Both the position numbers and the translations under genes were made by a program. This document shows positions 39,380 to 48,450 of a stretch of 55,881 bases of DNA, in pieces (positions within the stretch are counted from its first letter, which is position 1; every line of letters begins with the position of its first letter). A model generated the notes under the pieces. The model did no database searches. It saw only the letters and a list, made by a program, of their open reading frames with translations, and had not been told where the DNA came from. Where the stretch lies: positions 1 to 55,881 of the forward strand of contig DURD01000029.1 in the NCBI GenBank assembly GCA_012837435.1, written 5' to 3'. Source of the DNA: Erysipelotrichaceae bacterium (lineage in GTDB: Bacteria > Bacillota_I > Bacilli_A > RFN20 > CAG-826).

Positions 39380-39804
39380 GGGTTTTTCCTCCTAAACGAA
39401 TTACAACAAAAACAAATGGTAGAGCCAACGTAAAATTTATCGTTTGTTTTATCGTTTGAGACCAAACGAAACGAGACGTGAATGATATACTTATGCCCTT
39501 CATCTATGGGGTGTTTTGCGTAGCAATACATTCCTAGCATTTTTGAGATGTAGAGTAAGGCTCACTAATAATTTACCTGTCAGTAATTTTTAAACTGACG
39601 ATATCATAAAACAGATATTTGTCATGAATATATTTTTGAGCTATTTTTGCGCTTTAAACTCGTTTTGCGAAACCTTAAACTCTAAACTTTTCAACGCAAC
39701 TAGAATACATAAAATCTCAACTTTTTTAAGTTAGAATTCAATTCTTTCTGCTTCAAATCATGGCATATTAATCTCGTTTTACAATAATGCACCACTAGTT
39801 ACGA

Positions 39805-40656
39805 CTAATTTCGATTGTAACCATTTTCTTTTGTTTTAAATACATCTTTCCAATAATTTTCTCTTTCAATGATTTTATGAGTGTCTGTATTTTTTGGAAA
39901 CGTTTCAATGATTGTATATTCAAAATAATCTTGAAAATATTTATCACCTTTTAAATTATATAGTTCAATCAATGCTTGGTTGCCACCAGTTTTATTATCT
40001 AAGTAATTATTCCACCTTTGTAGAATTCCATCTTTTCCAGAGGCAGATCCAATATAAAATTTTCCTTCTTTAGAGTCGGTTAGACAATAAATACCTTTCA
40101 CACCTTTTAATGCAGCTTTATAGTCTTGATATCTTTCAGTCTCCAAAATCATTTTAAGCGTTGAAAAACTTAAGTGAACATTCTCAAACCCATTAAATTT
40201 AATAGGTTCATATATATTAGGAAGTATTTCTGAAACCTTAACATCGTTAATAATATTTTCCATTTTGAAAATATAACGACCAAAAGTATGTCCCTTGTGG
40301 TAACAAATGATTAGTCTGCCTATTAATCCTTGAAATTGAGGCAATTCGTTGTGCCTACATGGTCCTGGCTTTTCTTTAGGAGGAACATCAATTATTTCTC
40401 CCACAGAAATAAGCAGCCATTTATCTGGATTTCCGTCCAATCTGACAAAGCCGAAGCACCACTCACCCCTGTAAAAATTTTTTCTTCCTGCTTGATGTGA
40501 ATAATAGGTAAAATCAGTGTGACGTTTATTTTCATCACTCTCGTACCATCTTGTGAAATGGGAGATTCCATCCCATGACATATTAAGCCCAATTTTCGAA
40601 TTAGAAATTTGTTCATCGCTTAAATGCAAAATGTCATTTAAAAATAAATCTTTCAT
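39805..40656 (-). CDS. GIY-YIG nuclease family protein
   Basis: GIYCLTD...KFYIGSA, RW..Y, RE..W....T...GYN. Confidence 0.88.
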   Translation of the reverse strand: MKDLFLNDILHLSDEQISNSKIGLNMSWDGISHFTRWYESDENKRHTDFTYYSHQAGRKNFYRGEWCFGFVRLDGNPDKWLLISVGEIIDVPPKEKPGPCRHNELPQFQGLIGRLIICYHKGHTFGRYIFKMENIINDVKVSEILPNIYEPIKFNGFENVHLSFSTLKMILETERYQDYKAALKGVKGIYCLTDSKEGKFYIGSASGKDGILQRWNNYLDNKTGGNQALIELYNLKGDKYFQDYFEYTIIETFPKNTDTHKIIERENYWKDVFKTKENGYNRN

Positions 40657-40874
40657 GAAAGTAGTATAACAAATATATCTTAATTTTAAAGAACTTTTCA
40701 GAAAAAAATGGAAATGTTGCTTGACAGATTAATTGCTACAAATGTCTTTGTTAATCGAATTAATCACAGTTTTGTGACTAATCTTCTTTCTTTATAAGCT
40801 TTCTATCTCGCTAGGCGAAGAAAGAAAGCGAATGATGATATAATTTATTTCCTGCTGCTTAGAAAGGAGTAAAA

Positions 40875-41300
40875 ATGTTAAAGAAAAGATTAGATTATGA
40901 TAATCGAATCAATTTACAAGCAGGAATTGCTAAAGGATATTCGTTAAGAAGAATTGCTGAAACACAATTCGTTAAACCATGTATCGAGAAATCATTAATA
41001 ATTGCTATTACAAGGATCGTCGTCATACATTCGCTCACTGCCAATTAACTTAATCCACATTTAGAAGAACAGGGTTGTTCTTTGAAAACTCACTTCAACA
41101 CGGTTGTTGTAGTGGGTTAGTCACTATTCATTCACAACTCTTTTGTTATAGAAACAATGTATGCAATAACTAATAAAAATGTAAACTTGGTCAAACTGAA
41201 TGCAACAATTTTATAAAACAAATTGCGCAAGAACGAAAACTGTTTTTTGTTGCTTTCACCCTGTCACGCTACAAGTTGCAAATACAACTACATTAGAGCC
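40875..41300 (+). mobile_element. Degraded IS30-family transposase fragment
   Basis: AAAGGAG RBS, MLKKRLDYDNRINLQAGIAKGYSLRRIAE HTH-like start, YREI in a shifted frame, many stops. Confidence 0.5.
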
Positions 41301-41335
41301 ACCAATTACGCTCTTAAAATGATTAATGACAGTTA

Positions 41336-42613
41336 TTAATTTTTAAGTGCGGTAATCGGAACAACATAAACTCCATCGGAGCGCTTATATCCGGCATTTG
41401 ACATGCCGCAAATAACACACATAACGCTAGGAGGAATGCCGCCGGCTTTCGATATAGAGTTATGAATAGAAAGAAGAGAAGAAGCCGCTTCGTCTATTTT
41501 ATTTGCACCTAGTTTGATTTCAAATGCACACCAGTTGCCGTTTTGTAATTCTATCACCGCATCAATTTCTTTGTTATCGTAGCCTTGATAATGATAAAGA
41601 GTTGCACCAAAAGACTCCGAATAAATTTTTAAATCTCGTATGCATAAGGATTCAAATAGAAATCCTAAGGTATTTAAGTCATTGATTAATTTTTCTGGTG
41701 TTAGCTTAAGTAACGCACAAACTAGCGAAGTATCGCAGAAATGTCTCTTTTCGGATTGTTTAACTCGTACAGATGATCTAATGTTGGTTGAAAAAGGTAG
41801 TTGATTATCCAATAAAAACATCCTATCAAAAACATCTAAATATGTAGCGATAGTATCGGTGTCAATAGTTTCGTCATCCACTTCTTTTATGTCTTTTGCC
41901 AAAGTCCTGTTAGTGACAGTTGTACTTTCATTTCTAGCGAGAGAACGTAATAAAAGCAACATTTTATGTTTATCGTACTTCTTACCTTCAACTCTCTGCG
42001 CATCATCTAGTATGGCGTCAATATACGATTCTGCTAATAAATATGAATTTTCGATTGGTGTGTTAATGCTGCTTGGAAATCCACCTCTCAAAATATATTC
42101 CACTAAGTTTTTAAGATCTACATCTCCAGTGATAGACGGAGTTATATTATCATTACACAAGTCTTCAAGAGAAAACTGTCCTAAAGAATCTCCTGATTCA
42201 TATAAAGACATCGTGCGCATCCTAAGTTTAGAAATGCGCCCAGCGCCACTATGTAAGATTCCTTTGGTTATAGGAGTTGACGAACCGGTTAGTATAAACT
42301 GACCTTTTAATGCTCTTTTATCTACTTCATATCGAATGGCATCCCAAATGGCAGGTACTTCTTGCCATTCATCAATTAAGCGAGGAGTTTCTCCTTCTAA
42401 AACCATATCTGGCGAAATATTAGCTAGCTCTCTATTTTGGAAATTATTGGTTGGATCAGCAACAAAAAATTCACTGTTTGAATGATATGATGATGTCCAA
42501 GTTTTTCCACACCATTTAGGTCCCTCAATGCAAACAGCACCAAAAATTTGTAAATGTTTTTTTACAGCCTTATCTATGACTCTAGGCATGTATTTAGTTT
42601 TATCTAAAATCAT
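41336..42613 (-). CDS. AAA ATPase with DUF4143-type/PD-(D/E)xK C-terminus, paralog 1
   Basis: GPKWCGKT, LIDEWQ, ILTGS, RGG.P, FE, EIDAVIE...AFEIK. Confidence 0.9.
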   Translation of the reverse strand: MILDKTKYMPRVIDKAVKKHLQIFGAVCIEGPKWCGKTWTSSYHSNSEFFVADPTNNFQNRELANISPDMVLEGETPRLIDEWQEVPAIWDAIRYEVDKRALKGQFILTGSSTPITKGILHSGAGRISKLRMRTMSLYESGDSLGQFSLEDLCNDNITPSITGDVDLKNLVEYILRGGFPSSINTPIENSYLLAESYIDAILDDAQRVEGKKYDKHKMLLLLRSLARNESTTVTNRTLAKDIKEVDDETIDTDTIATYLDVFDRMFLLDNQLPFSTNIRSSVRVKQSEKRHFCDTSLVCALLKLTPEKLINDLNTLGFLFESLCIRDLKIYSESFGATLYHYQGYDNKEIDAVIELQNGNWCAFEIKLGANKIDEAASSLLSIHNSISKAGGIPPSVMCVICGMSNAGYKRSDGVYVVPITALKN

Positions 42614-42647
42614 TTGAATCTCTCTTTGTCGTTGTGTTTATAGCAAT

Positions 42648-42676
42648 ATGATACATGCATCACGCATGAATTTCAA
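42648..42676 (-). promoter_or_regulatory. Sigma70 promoter of paralog 1
   Basis: TTGAAA-N17-TATCAT. Confidence 0.65.
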
Positions 42677-42681
42677 GCTCG

Positions 42682-42777
42682 TTCGGTCACATTTGTATTT
42701 TTCATTCGGTCATATTTGTATTTTTCATTCGGTCATATTTGTATTTTTCATTCGGTCATATTTGTATATTTCATTCG
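42682..42777. repeat. 23-bp tandem array, 4 copies plus partial (ttcggtcatatttgtatttttca)
   Basis: Units start at 42682, 42705, 42728, 42751; at most one mismatch each. Confidence 0.95.
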
Positions 42778-42944
42778 ATTTATGTAGCAGTCAAGCGAAA
42801 TGGACACAAAAAAGTATTTGTGTATTTAAATTATTTTTGAAAATGGAAAAAACTATTTTGTTAGATACACATTAAAAGAAACATATGATAACAACATCTG
42901 TCCCTATTAAAAACCTAAAACATTTATTTTTATGCAACGAAATT

Positions 42945-44240
42945 TTAGTCCTTTAAAGAAGTGATAGGAATAATGTAAACTCCATCAGTGTTTTTGTATG
43001 CCATGTTTCCAACACCATATATCACGCATTTCAACAACGGCTCTTTACCCCCATTATTAACTACATCTTGACAAACTTTAATCAAATTACTAGCGCCTTC
43101 TTCTGCTTTGTTAAGTCCTAGTTTTATTTCAAAAGCACACCAGTTTCCATCATCCAATTCAATGACAGCATCAATTTCGTTTCCTTTATAATCTTGATAA
43201 TGAAACAATTTTGCATTCATAGCCTGCGCATATATCGATAAATCTCTTTCAACTAGTGCTTCAAACATAAAACTGAAAGTTTTTAAATCATTCATCATTT
43301 TTTTAGGAGTTAGCTTCAGCAGTGCACACGCCATTGCAGGATCGGAAAAATGTCTTTTTTCCATTTGCTTTACTCTCAGCGATGACCTTATACTTGGCGA
43401 AAAGGGTTCTTGATTATTGAATAAAAACATCCTGTCAAACGCATTCAAGTATTTGGTTAGTGTATTTTTGCTAATAGACTCGACATCATTTTCAATAATA
43501 TCTCTTAAAATACTTTGGTTGGAGACCGTTGTTGCTTCATTTCTAGCTAATGATTTTAAAATTAACTTTGCTTTATGTTCGTTATAATCGATATCTTTAT
43601 CAAGCTCACCTAAGTCTAATTTTGCTACGTTTTCCATATAACTAATGGCAAGATTGCCACCGTCTAATTCAGAGGTTTCAATATTACCGGGCCAACCACC
43701 TCGCACTATCAGATATGCTAATCTACTAAGGCTTGTTTCTTCTAAAAGTTTTGATTCAAATTTGTTTTCACACAAGTCTTTTAAAGATATCAGACCACTA
43801 GAATCCCCTGATTCATACAAGGACATGGTATTCATTCTAATACTTTTAATTCTACCTGTGCCACTGTGTAAAACACCTTTCTTTATAGGAGTTGATGAGC
43901 CAGTCAAAATAATCTGTCCTTTTTTGCCACTTTCATCCACAAAAAAGCGTACCGCATCCCATAGTGATGGAACTTCTTGCCACTCATCAATTAATCGAGG
44001 AGTGTCTCCCTGTAACACCGTATAAGGTTCTGTTTCCGCTAACATCCTGTTGGAAAAATTACCTTCGGGATTCCCAACAAAAAACGCACTTCTCGCATGG
44101 TATAAAGATGTCCATGTTTTACCACACCATTTGGGTCCTTCAATACATAACGCACCAAATATTCTTAAATTTTTTTCAATCAAAGAATCAACTATTCTCG
44201 GCTTATAATTGGATTTATTCAAAACTCTATCCATATACAT
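42945..44240 (-). CDS. AAA ATPase with DUF4143-type/PD-(D/E)xK C-terminus, paralog 2
   Basis: Same motifs as paralog 1; start probably ATG 44240 (GAGG RBS). Confidence 0.9.
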   Translation of the reverse strand: MYMDRVLNKSNYKPRIVDSLIEKNLRIFGALCIEGPKWCGKTWTSLYHARSAFFVGNPEGNFSNRMLAETEPYTVLQGDTPRLIDEWQEVPSLWDAVRFFVDESGKKGQIILTGSSTPIKKGVLHSGTGRIKSIRMNTMSLYESGDSSGLISLKDLCENKFESKLLEETSLSRLAYLIVRGGWPGNIETSELDGGNLAISYMENVAKLDLGELDKDIDYNEHKAKLILKSLARNEATTVSNQSILRDIIENDVESISKNTLTKYLNAFDRMFLFNNQEPFSPSIRSSLRVKQMEKRHFSDPAMACALLKLTPKKMMNDLKTFSFMFEALVERDLSIYAQAMNAKLFHYQDYKGNEIDAVIELDDGNWCAFEIKLGLNKAEEGASNLIKVCQDVVNNGGKEPLLKCVIYGVGNMAYKNTDGVYIIPITSLKD

Positions 44241-44264
44241 AGAACCTCTCAAAAATACAAGCGT

Positions 44265-44293
44265 ATAATATCATAAAGATAAATGCCTTTCAA
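44265..44293 (-). promoter_or_regulatory. Sigma70 promoter of paralog 2
   Basis: TTGAAA-N17-TATTAT with TGn extension. Confidence 0.65.
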
Positions 44294-44296
44294 TGC

Positions 44297-44358
44297 AACT
44301 GACCAACATTTTGTGTTTTAACTGACCAACATTTTGTGTTTTAACTGACCAACATTTT
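44297..44358. repeat. 23-bp tandem array, about 2.7 copies (aactgaccaacattttgtgtttt)
   Basis: Units start at 44297, 44320, 44343 (last partial). Confidence 0.93.
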
Positions 44359-44987
44359 TGATTATGCGCCTGTCAACTTGTACTCATCAATAAAAATGGA
44401 TGTAACAGTTAAGCAAAGTGAAAACAAAAATTTTTTATTTGTAGACATATTACGTCATTTTCCTACAAAACTATTCTGTCAAATGCGTTTGATAAATTTA
44501 AAAGTCAATTTTACGGTAACATCATTTAAGTAACACAAACCCAATTAACTATAAATCCAAACTATTTTCATCAAGTAAAAAGATTAATCTTCTCATGGTT
44601 GTCATCCTAAGTCGTTGCGACGAGGTTTTATGTTTTCTTTCACAACTATTATTTTTTTGAATGAATCATTTATACTCAAAAACGGTCTTCGTTCTTGCAT
44701 AATTTTCTCTTTAGTCGGCATTGCAAATACTAATTGAATATAATATTTTTTACTACCCAAGGTAGCAACAAAAACAACTTCTGGTTATAACCTTAAGTAA
44801 GCCGTTGCCCTGTTTGTTTATTAATTTTTTTGTAAATAAGTATTTATTTTGATTTCCATCAGCTTGCTCTATTACGAATTTAGATGTATTGCCATCTTTT
44901 TTCGCAATAAGTCTACTATTTTATAACTTGAACATCGTTAAGATGGAAAAGAATCACAAAATTTGTATCAAAAGTCTAGTTATGATA

Positions 44988-45064
44988 TGGTCGGGACGAC
45001 AGGATTTGAACCTGCGACCTTCAGTTCCCAAAACTGACGCGATACCAAGCTACGCTACGTCCCG
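44988..45064 (-). tRNA. tRNA-Pro(TGG)
   Basis: CGGGACG/CGTCCCG stem, TTTGGGA loop, CCA. Confidence 0.95.
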
Positions 45065-45065
45065 A

Positions 45066-45142
45066 TGGCGCGCCTCACAAGAATCGAACTCGTAACCTCC
45101 AGATTCGTAGTCTGACACTCTATCCAGTTGAGCTAGAGGCGC
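45066..45142 (-). tRNA. tRNA-Arg(ACG)
   Basis: GCGCCTC/GAGGCGC stem, CTACGAA loop, CCA. Confidence 0.95.
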
Positions 45143-45190
45143 ATAGATGCTGATTTAGGTCCAAGTTTAATTTAACTAGGACCAGAAAGA

Positions 45191-45265
45191 TGGAGGTTCC
45201 TAACGGATTCGAACCGATGATCATTGAGTTGCAGTCAATTGCCTTACCAACTTGGCTAAGGAACC
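45191..45265 (-). tRNA. tRNA-Cys(GCA)
   Basis: GGTTCCT/AGGAACC stem, CTGCAAC loop, CCA. Confidence 0.95.
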
Positions 45266-45356
45266 CATTCTTGCAGCGCTAAAAATTATAGCACTTCAAT
45301 CACCTGTCTATCAAGCATCAAAATCTATTATTGTTATATTACAATGCGATGAGAAA

Positions 45357-46697
45357 TTAGGCCCCTTTGACTCGAGTCCACATCGCTTCCACTTTACCCG
45401 TTTGTGTACCGAAGTCTTTCATCAAACAACAGCGGTTGAGAACTTCTTCAGTTGGGTATTGCGCATCGAATTGGCGACCTTTGTTTTCTAAGGGAATATC
45501 GATTAATGCTTCTCCCTCGATTGAATCACCAAAATAGAAACTTAAATCGACTTCGTAAGTGTCCGCTTCATCTTCGGCAGCACACCATTCATTGACTAAC
45601 TCCCACATTTCGTCTCCAACAATTGGGGAAGTATAACCGACAGCATCCATACATAAAGCAGCATTTTCGGGCTTGCAAATGAAATTGATGAATTCTTGCG
45701 CCAGTTCAACATTAGCGCCTTTTGGCATGCACCAGCCATCGAACCAAACATTGCTGCCTTCACTAGGCAAAGAGTAATTTAAGATTTTGCCTTCTGTAGC
45801 GCTTTCGGCGCTATCCATAGAGTAGACAGAATCTCCAGACCAAGCTAAATTTGCATGATATATACCTCTAACGATATCATCTTTGCCTTCATCGACTTCA
45901 AAGCCATAAACCGTTCTACTTTTTGCTTGTATTAAAGCGGTCTCAACTAGGGCAATTGTGGCATCGTCACATCTATTAAAAATATCGCTTAATTGTTCGT
46001 TAAAGTATTCAGCGCTTTCATCTAAAGCTCCAATTTCATCGCTATATACGTAAAAGATAGCAGTGACATAGGTGTCACGCATCGAATCCTTCAAGGAAAA
46101 TTGTTTTTTGAAATAATCATCGGTACTCCATAAGCAACTCCAAGAAGAGACTTGTTCTGGAGTAAAGTATTCAGGATCATAGGTAAAACCCATCGTGCCC
46201 CAGAAATAAGGAACGGCGTATTTTAAGAAAGAACTTCCGTCTTTGAGTTTTTGAGAAGAAAATCTATCGTTGATAAAAGGAGACCCATAATTATTCCAAT
46301 TATCTAATTTCTCATCGTATTTTTCCGTCGTTACATCGTAGTTAAACGATTCCAGTTTGCCTTCGTTAGCCATTCTCTGAATCATATAATCAGAAGGGCA
46401 AATAAGGTCTGGTTTGATAGCTCCGAGAGAGATTTGCTGATACATTTCTTCATTAGTGGAAAAACATTCATAATTCACTTTGACAGTTTTGTCAGTTTTT
46501 TCTTCGTAATACTGTTCAAACATTTCCACGAGACTATCACCGATGATGTTTCCATCTTCGTCTGTTCCCTCGTAAATGTAGTCTTCCCAGTTGTAAATAG
46601 TCAAGGTGTAGTCGTACTTTTTTGTACATCCGACTAAAAAAGAAACACTACTGATAGCTAGTAAGGCACTAGCAAATAAAACGCTTTTTGTTTTCAT
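45357..46697 (-). CDS. potD: Spermidine/putrescine ABC substrate-binding lipoprotein
   Basis: Lipobox LVGC, YNWEDYI, PSDYMI, PYFWGT, WSGD, EGSNVWFD. Confidence 0.9.
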   Translation of the reverse strand: MKTKSVLFASALLAISSVSFLVGCTKKYDYTLTIYNWEDYIYEGTDEDGNIIGDSLVEMFEQYYEEKTDKTVKVNYECFSTNEEMYQQISLGAIKPDLICPSDYMIQRMANEGKLESFNYDVTTEKYDEKLDNWNNYGSPFINDRFSSQKLKDGSSFLKYAVPYFWGTMGFTYDPEYFTPEQVSSWSCLWSTDDYFKKQFSLKDSMRDTYVTAIFYVYSDEIGALDESAEYFNEQLSDIFNRCDDATIALVETALIQAKSRTVYGFEVDEGKDDIVRGIYHANLAWSGDSVYSMDSAESATEGKILNYSLPSEGSNVWFDGWCMPKGANVELAQEFINFICKPENAALCMDAVGYTSPIVGDEMWELVNEWCAAEDEADTYEVDLSFYFGDSIEGEALIDIPLENKGRQFDAQYPTEEVLNRCCLMKDFGTQTGKVEAMWTRVKGA

Positions 46698-46699
46698 AG

Positions 46700-47599
46700 T
46701 TAATCTCCTTTTCTATAAATCTTTTTCGCATTTCTACTGCTTCTTACGTTCATTAATACCATAACAATTAGAATAACGGCAAATAAGATAGCCGTAAATG
46801 CCCTGATTTGTGCGGGTAATCCGCTTCTTTTAGTAACCGCATCAACATAAGTTGAAATTGTTTCAAAATTACCGGTAGTGGGTTTAGTAAAAACGGTAAT
46901 GACATAATCGTCTAAAGACAACGTAATAGATAGTAAGAAACCTGATAAAATTCCTGGAATAATATCAGGAATCGTCACCTTCCACAAGGCTTGAACATGG
47001 GTGGCTCCTAAATCCATCGCCGCTTCGTATAAAGAAGGATCCATCTGTTCGAGTTTTGGTTTTACCGACATTACAACATAGGGAACTGATAAGACGACAT
47101 GACCGATAACCAGAGTGATGAAACTGCGCGGTAAGAATGATTGACAAATAACAAACAAGATACACAGTGAAACCGCGGTGACAATTTCTGCATTAACTAC
47201 GGGAATTTGAGTGACAAAATCTAGAGTATTTTTTATTTGCTTTTTTCGTGTATAAAAAATACCAATTGCTCCTAGTGTTCCTAAAATAGTCGACACAAAA
47301 GCGGAGGTCACTGCCACTAGGGCCGTATTGCCGACAGCGTTCCAAATGTTTTGAGAAATTCTGTTGCCACTATAATTAAATAAATTAATGTAGTTACCGA
47401 AACTAAATCCATCCCAAATACCTGTCGTCGTGTGTTCGGTGAATGAGAAGATGGTGATATAGATAATCGGAGCGTACATCAATAACAAAACAAAATACAC
47501 AAAGGCCATCGCCAATATTTTAATAAGACGTTCTTTTCTCCTTTTTTTAATTAGGCCGCGATTAGTAGAGTTTAAAGCAATATTATTTTCCATTACCAT
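46700..47599 (-). CDS. potC: Polyamine ABC permease
   Basis: EAAMDLGA, SLDDY. Confidence 0.9.
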   Translation of the reverse strand: MVMENNIALNSTNRGLIKKRRKERLIKILAMAFVYFVLLLMYAPIIYITIFSFTEHTTTGIWDGFSFGNYINLFNYSGNRISQNIWNAVGNTALVAVTSAFVSTILGTLGAIGIFYTRKKQIKNTLDFVTQIPVVNAEIVTAVSLCILFVICQSFLPRSFITLVIGHVVLSVPYVVMSVKPKLEQMDPSLYEAAMDLGATHVQALWKVTIPDIIPGILSGFLLSITLSLDDYVITVFTKPTTGNFETISTYVDAVTKRSGLPAQIRAFTAILFAVILIVMVLMNVRSSRNAKKIYRKGD

Positions 47600-48450
47600 A
47601 TCCCTACCTTTCTCAAAGAATCTTCTTCACTTTTTCGCGTGATTGTTTTTTCTGCGACCAAAGATAAACCGATAATTATTAGCATCACGAGAGACAACAC
47701 TGAACCCACGTGTTTAGAAGCTTCGCTCGCACCTTCTGCGAACCAAAATTGGATACGAGTACTGATGATTTGTGTAGTTCTTTCTGACATTTTATCAGCA
47801 ATGACATACGCAGACATGGTCGGCATAAAAGTCATCATAATAGCGGAAACAATACCCGGAACAGTCATCGGAATAATTGTTTTTACAAATACCTGAAAGG
47901 GGTTAGCACCTAAATCCGCCGCCGCTTCAATTTGGTTTTTATCTAATTTAAGCATTTGATTGTACAAGGGTAAAAGTGCGAAAGGTAGATAATCGTACAC
48001 CATACCGATGATAATAGCCACTATTGGATGAGTTGCAGTAATATCGTAACCGAAAAATGTATTAGTAAAACCATTGACGAGAGCTTTTAAACCAATCGTG
48101 CGAATCACGAAGTTAATCCACATCGGCAAAAGGAAAATATAAACAAGGATTTTGTTCTTATTGTATTTCTTGTTGGCTAACAAATAAGCAATGGGATAAG
48201 CGATTAATACACAAATTATTGTGGTGACCGCGGCGATGAGAAAAGTAGTACCGATAATCCTCCAATTTTGAATGTCGGAAAACACTATACTCCAATTATT
48301 TAATGTAAAGGCTCCGTTAGCGTCAGTAAAAGCAAAATATAAAACAAGAAACAATGGAAAAACCACAAAAAGGGCCATAAACACCCCATAAGGCATGCAT
48401 AGACTTCCTCTAAAATTAAATCTTCTCAATTTAAAAGAATGGTTTTTCAT
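47593..48450 (-). CDS. potB: Polyamine ABC permease
   Basis: LPMWIN, YDYLPF, EAAADLGA. Confidence 0.9.
   Translation of the reverse strand: MKNHSFKLRRFNFRGSLCMPYGVFMALFVVFPLFLVLYFAFTDANGAFTLNNWSIVFSDIQNWRIIGTTFLIAAVTTIICVLIAYPIAYLLANKKYNKNKILVYIFLLPMWINFVIRTIGLKALVNGFTNTFFGYDITATHPIVAIIIGMVYDYLPFALLPLYNQMLKLDKNQIEAAADLGANPFQVFVKTIIPMTVPGIVSAIMMTFMPTMSAYVIADKMSERTTQIISTRIQFWFAEGASEASKHVGSVLSLVMLIIIGLSLVAEKTITRKSEEDSLRKVGIW

Noticed and set aside
42648-42875. 75-aa plus-strand ORF over the array
   Set aside because: Low-complexity translation of the repeat overlapping the promoter; likely spurious
42682-44358. 23-bp arrays as CRISPR
   Set aside because: Units are head-to-tail with no unique spacers, and there are no cas genes in the window
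38500-44988. Intact prophage/ICE at tRNA-Pro
   Set aside because: No integrase, structural or conjugation genes, and no duplicated tRNA 3' end found
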